The position numbers and the translations under genes were made by a program. Of a stretch of 64,000 nucleotides of DNA, positions 61,323-64,000 are shown piece by piece; the stretch's first letter is position 1, and every line of letters starts with the position of its first letter. The notes beneath the pieces are model-generated. The model ran no database searches and was not told the origin of the DNA. It was given only the letters and a program-made list of their open reading frames with translations. The DNA is taken from positions 160,001-224,000 of the forward strand of contig CAVQRT010000030.1 of assembly GCA_963715195.1 (NCBI GenBank), in the 5' to 3' direction. This stretch comes from Thermodesulfovibrionales bacterium. GTDB taxonomy: Bacteria > Nitrospirota > Thermodesulfovibrionia > Thermodesulfovibrionales > SM23-35.

Positions 61323-62168
61323 GTGCTGACCCGGATAACAGAAGAAACCTTCGAATGCCTTCTTCATTGTTTCGAAAGTGCATCAATCGTTGAACTCAGA
61401 GATGTTGCCTTCATTGATCCCTACGGCATGATAAGTATTCTTGAGATCGGAGAGTATTTACAATCCAGGGGAATTCAAAAAAATCTGGTTCTTCCTGAAT
61501 CTGAAGAAGTACTGAAATACCTTGAACGCATGGATTTCTTTTCATGTGCCGAAAGATATTTTGGATTTTTACCCGGAAAGCCGGTCATAAAAAACAAATA
61601 CCTGAGAAATATGGGTTCCGACGTCCTGCTGGAGATTACACCGATCATCAAATCCGATGATATCCACTACATTGTGGGAAAGGTAAAGGAACGAAGTCAC
61701 TCGATCCTGACAAAACATCTTCACTATGATGAAAATGCAATCAATCACTTTATCGTGTCTTTGTCAGAGATTTGCCAAAATATTATCGAGCACAGCGAAT
61801 GCAAGGGTTTCGTCGGCATACAGAAGTACCACTTTCAGAATCTTAATAAGAATATGGCGAAGATTGCCGTTATGGATATCGGGAGGGGGTTCAGAGGATC
61901 ACTTTCGGAAAGGTTCTCATTGAAAAGCGATAGCGAGGCTATCGGGAAGGGCTTGCTTCACGGTGCATCACGGTTCGTTGACAAAGGAAGAGGACACGGA
62001 TTATCCGCAGTAAGGAGATTTGTGAAACACTGGAACGGGAAACTTTCAATCCGTTCAGGAACTGCAAAATTGTCGATCATACCGGGTTGGGCGAAAGGCA
62101 AAACCAGGGAGCAGAATCTCCGGTATTTCCCGGGAGCCCAGATAAATATTCTGCTGCCGGAGGTATAA
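61323..62168 (+). CDS. STAS-like plus HATPase_c (anti-sigma-type Ser kinase-like) protein
   Basis: LRDVAFIDPYG STAS-like start; EICQNIIEHS N-box, MDIGRG G1, GRGHGL G2, PGAQI. Confidence 0.75.
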   Translation: MLTRITEETFECLLHCFESASIVELRDVAFIDPYGMISILEIGEYLQSRGIQKNLVLPESEEVLKYLERMDFFSCAERYFGFLPGKPVIKNKYLRNMGSDVLLEITPIIKSDDIHYIVGKVKERSHSILTKHLHYDENAINHFIVSLSEICQNIIEHSECKGFVGIQKYHFQNLNKNMAKIAVMDIGRGFRGSLSERFSLKSDSEAIGKGLLHGASRFVDKGRGHGLSAVRRFVKHWNGKLSIRSGTAKLSIIPGWAKGKTREQNLRYFPGAQINILLPEV

Positions 62169-62198
62169 ACTTTCCGGAGAATGTTTTACAATACCCCT

Positions 62199-62591
62199 AT
62201 GAAAGCCGGTAAAAATCTTGTTATTGTCGGTGATCGAGTTCTTATCGATCCTGATGAAGGGACCGATAAGAGGAGTTCAGGGCTTTATCTTCCTCCGACC
62301 GTCAGGGAAAAGGAAAAAGTGCTCAGCGGATATGTTGTGAAGACGGGACCGGGGTATCCTGTTCCCGACCCAACTGTATCTGATGAGCCATGGGCTGACA
62401 GCAGGAAAAAGGAAGTAAAATATGTTCCGCTGCAGGCAACAGCAGGGGATTACGCCATATTCCTGAAGGAGGTTGCTGTGGAGATAGAGTTTGAGGAGAA
62501 GAAATATTTGATCGTCCCCCATTCCGCAATCCTCGCCCTTGTACGCATAGACTTAACAGAAGTGGAACACGAAGGCGAATCTGAGTCCTAA
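62199..62591 (+). CDS. Orphan GroES-like co-chaperonin
   Basis: GDRVLI, SSGLYLP, G.VV.TGPG, GD...F, IL; TACAAT 6 nt before ATG. Confidence 0.8.
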   Translation: MKAGKNLVIVGDRVLIDPDEGTDKRSSGLYLPPTVREKEKVLSGYVVKTGPGYPVPDPTVSDEPWADSRKKEVKYVPLQATAGDYAIFLKEVAVEIEFEEKKYLIVPHSAILALVRIDLTEVEHEGESES

Positions 62592-62776
62592 GCCCTTGGC
62601 ATCTCTTTTGTCACTCAATAGAAGAAGTCATTATCTGACAAGAAAACATCCTCAATGAATATCCAATGGCAAAATTTTCTTGACAATTATTTTTACTATA
62701 TGATTCAATTGATTCAATTGAATAATCATATAGAATAGTTTTTGATGATTGATAGCTCGAATAATACAGAAAAATT

Positions 62777-62881
62777 ATGATCCTTGGTAACGAAGATATA
62801 AAAGAACTGATCGCCGAGATTCCGGAAGGACATAGGCAAATGAGTGCAGAATGCAAATTTATTCTCTCTATAAACTCCTGA
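62777..62881 (+). pseudogene. Possible truncated gene remnant (MILGNEDIKELIAEIPEGHRQ...)
   Basis: Protein-like 21-aa start that runs out of frame into the next gene. Confidence 0.3.
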
Positions 62882-63417
62882 AAGAAGAACTTCAAAACGG
62901 TTCAGCGGATCTGGTAACGCGGCAATCAGGCCAGATTATCAGAAACCGGATTGAAAAAGATATCGAAAAAGAAATAGACGGTGAGATCATTGCCCTTGAT
63001 TTTTCAAAGATTGGTATTATTGATTACTCCTGCGCTGATGAAATTATCGCAAAGCTCACCTCCCGACTTCTGAGCGGTGAGTACGGAGATAAATACATCA
63101 TTCTCATGGGCCTGAACGAAAATCAGAGGGAGAATATTGAAGTCGCCCTCGAACGGAAAGAACTTGCGGTTATGGCTCTGATGTGGAACGGGAAGGGCAT
63201 CTTGCTCGGGAGTCTCAATAAATATCTCAATGAAACCCTGAATCTGATAATCCAAAGAGGAACAATAACTGCAAAAGAACTCTCAGATATTATGCATCTT
63301 GAGGCGAATACAAGCGGTACGAGATTGCTGAATCTCCATAAAAAGCGCCTCGTAAAAAGAATAGATGAAATACGCAACGGCGGACGTGTCTGGACATATG
63401 AAAAGATTCCATCCTGA
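62851..63417 (+). CDS. STAS-like (DUF4325-like) plus C-terminal winged-HTH protein
   Basis: LVTRQSG..IR, LDFSKIGIIDYSCADE STAS motif; ITAKELSDIMHLEANTSGTRLLNLHKKRLV HTH plus wing. Confidence 0.75.
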   Translation: MQIYSLYKLLKEELQNGSADLVTRQSGQIIRNRIEKDIEKEIDGEIIALDFSKIGIIDYSCADEIIAKLTSRLLSGEYGDKYIILMGLNENQRENIEVALERKELAVMALMWNGKGILLGSLNKYLNETLNLIIQRGTITAKELSDIMHLEANTSGTRLLNLHKKRLVKRIDEIRNGGRVWTYEKIPS

Positions 63418-63429
63418 AAGGAAATACTA

Positions 63430-64000
63430 ATGGAATTCATGCTTGCTATAATCGGTGGGATTCTTATCGGAGCAATCAGTGCCTGGTTTATTGCCTCATT
63501 CATCGAGCAAAAAAAACATAGGGAACAGATTGCCAGCATGCAATCTTTGTATGCGGATGAAATAACTGAGCTGCGCGAAAAGGCAAGCGGAGCCGAAGCG
63601 AGAATTGAGGAAATCAGGCTGCACCTGCAACAGAAAGAATCCGAAATAGATCAGACACGGGATGAACTCAATGCTGAACGGGATTCGAAAGCGCGTCTCG
63701 AGGAAGCACAGAAGCATCTTAAAGGAGAAATAGCACGATTCCAGGATATGGAGAATAAATTGAGTGAAACCTTTAAAGCACTTTCTTTAGATGCCCTCTC
63801 AAAAAATTCTGGTGAGTTCCTGAAACTTGCCGACAAAGTACTCGAGTCCAAGACTGCTGAAGGCAAAAAAGAACTTGAAAGCAAGAAAGAGCTCATAGAC
63901 CAGAATATTGAAGCGATCAGCAAAACGTTATCTGAAGTTCAGAAAAGAATTGAGGATGTGGGTAAGACAAGCGGGGAGAAATTTACAGAGGTTTCCACAC
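63430..64000 (+). CDS. rmuC: DNA recombination protein RmuC, N-terminal part (3'-truncated by window)
   Basis: N-terminal TM helix, coiled coil, FKALSLDALSKNSGEFLKLA; the frame stays open to the window end. Confidence 0.75.
   Translation, partial: MEFMLAIIGGILIGAISAWFIASFIEQKKHREQIASMQSLYADEITELREKASGAEARIEEIRLHLQQKESEIDQTRDELNAERDSKARLEEAQKHLKGEIARFQDMENKLSETFKALSLDALSKNSGEFLKLADKVLESKTAEGKKELESKKELIDQNIEAISKTLSEVQKRIEDVGKTSGEKFTEVST

Overview
Bacterial chromosomal window of mostly housekeeping genes. Gene content and order look like an anaerobic Nitrospirota (Thermodesulfovibrionia) or Desulfobacterota-like organism; this is an inference. In order it holds: the 3' end of an alternative (N-type-like) F1Fo ATPase operon (atpA, atpG); a minus-strand run of radical SAM, rng, larE-like, glcF-like, fsa/tal and FmdB; mscL, bamD, sirC, OsmC, LysR, bioB and a HAD gene; four tRNAs (Arg, His, Arg, Lys) followed by an accessory block; cobB, typA and asnS; a five-gene ECF sigma/anti-sigma module; a 12-repeat beta-propeller lipoprotein; two perfect parS palindromes directly upstream of smc; glcD-like and USP genes; a class II photolyase; an unannotated 52-aa Cys-rich protein; the pheA-hisC-aroF-tyrA-aroA-cmk-ispH-rpsA-sppA-ihfB run; cobA/hemD; a PAP2-ArnT fusion glycosylation operon; and sixA, beta-CASP, STAS/HATPase, orphan GroES, STAS/wHTH and rmuC. 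The best leads are (i) a putative sigma-less partner-switching pair (STAS-Ser kinase plus STAS-wHTH), (ii) a parS pair in the smc promoter region, (iii) repeated leaderless gene starts, and (iv) the fused lipid phosphatase-glycosyltransferase. I saw no CRISPR array, rRNA, integrase or transposase. Family names come from motif recognition by eye, not from database searches.
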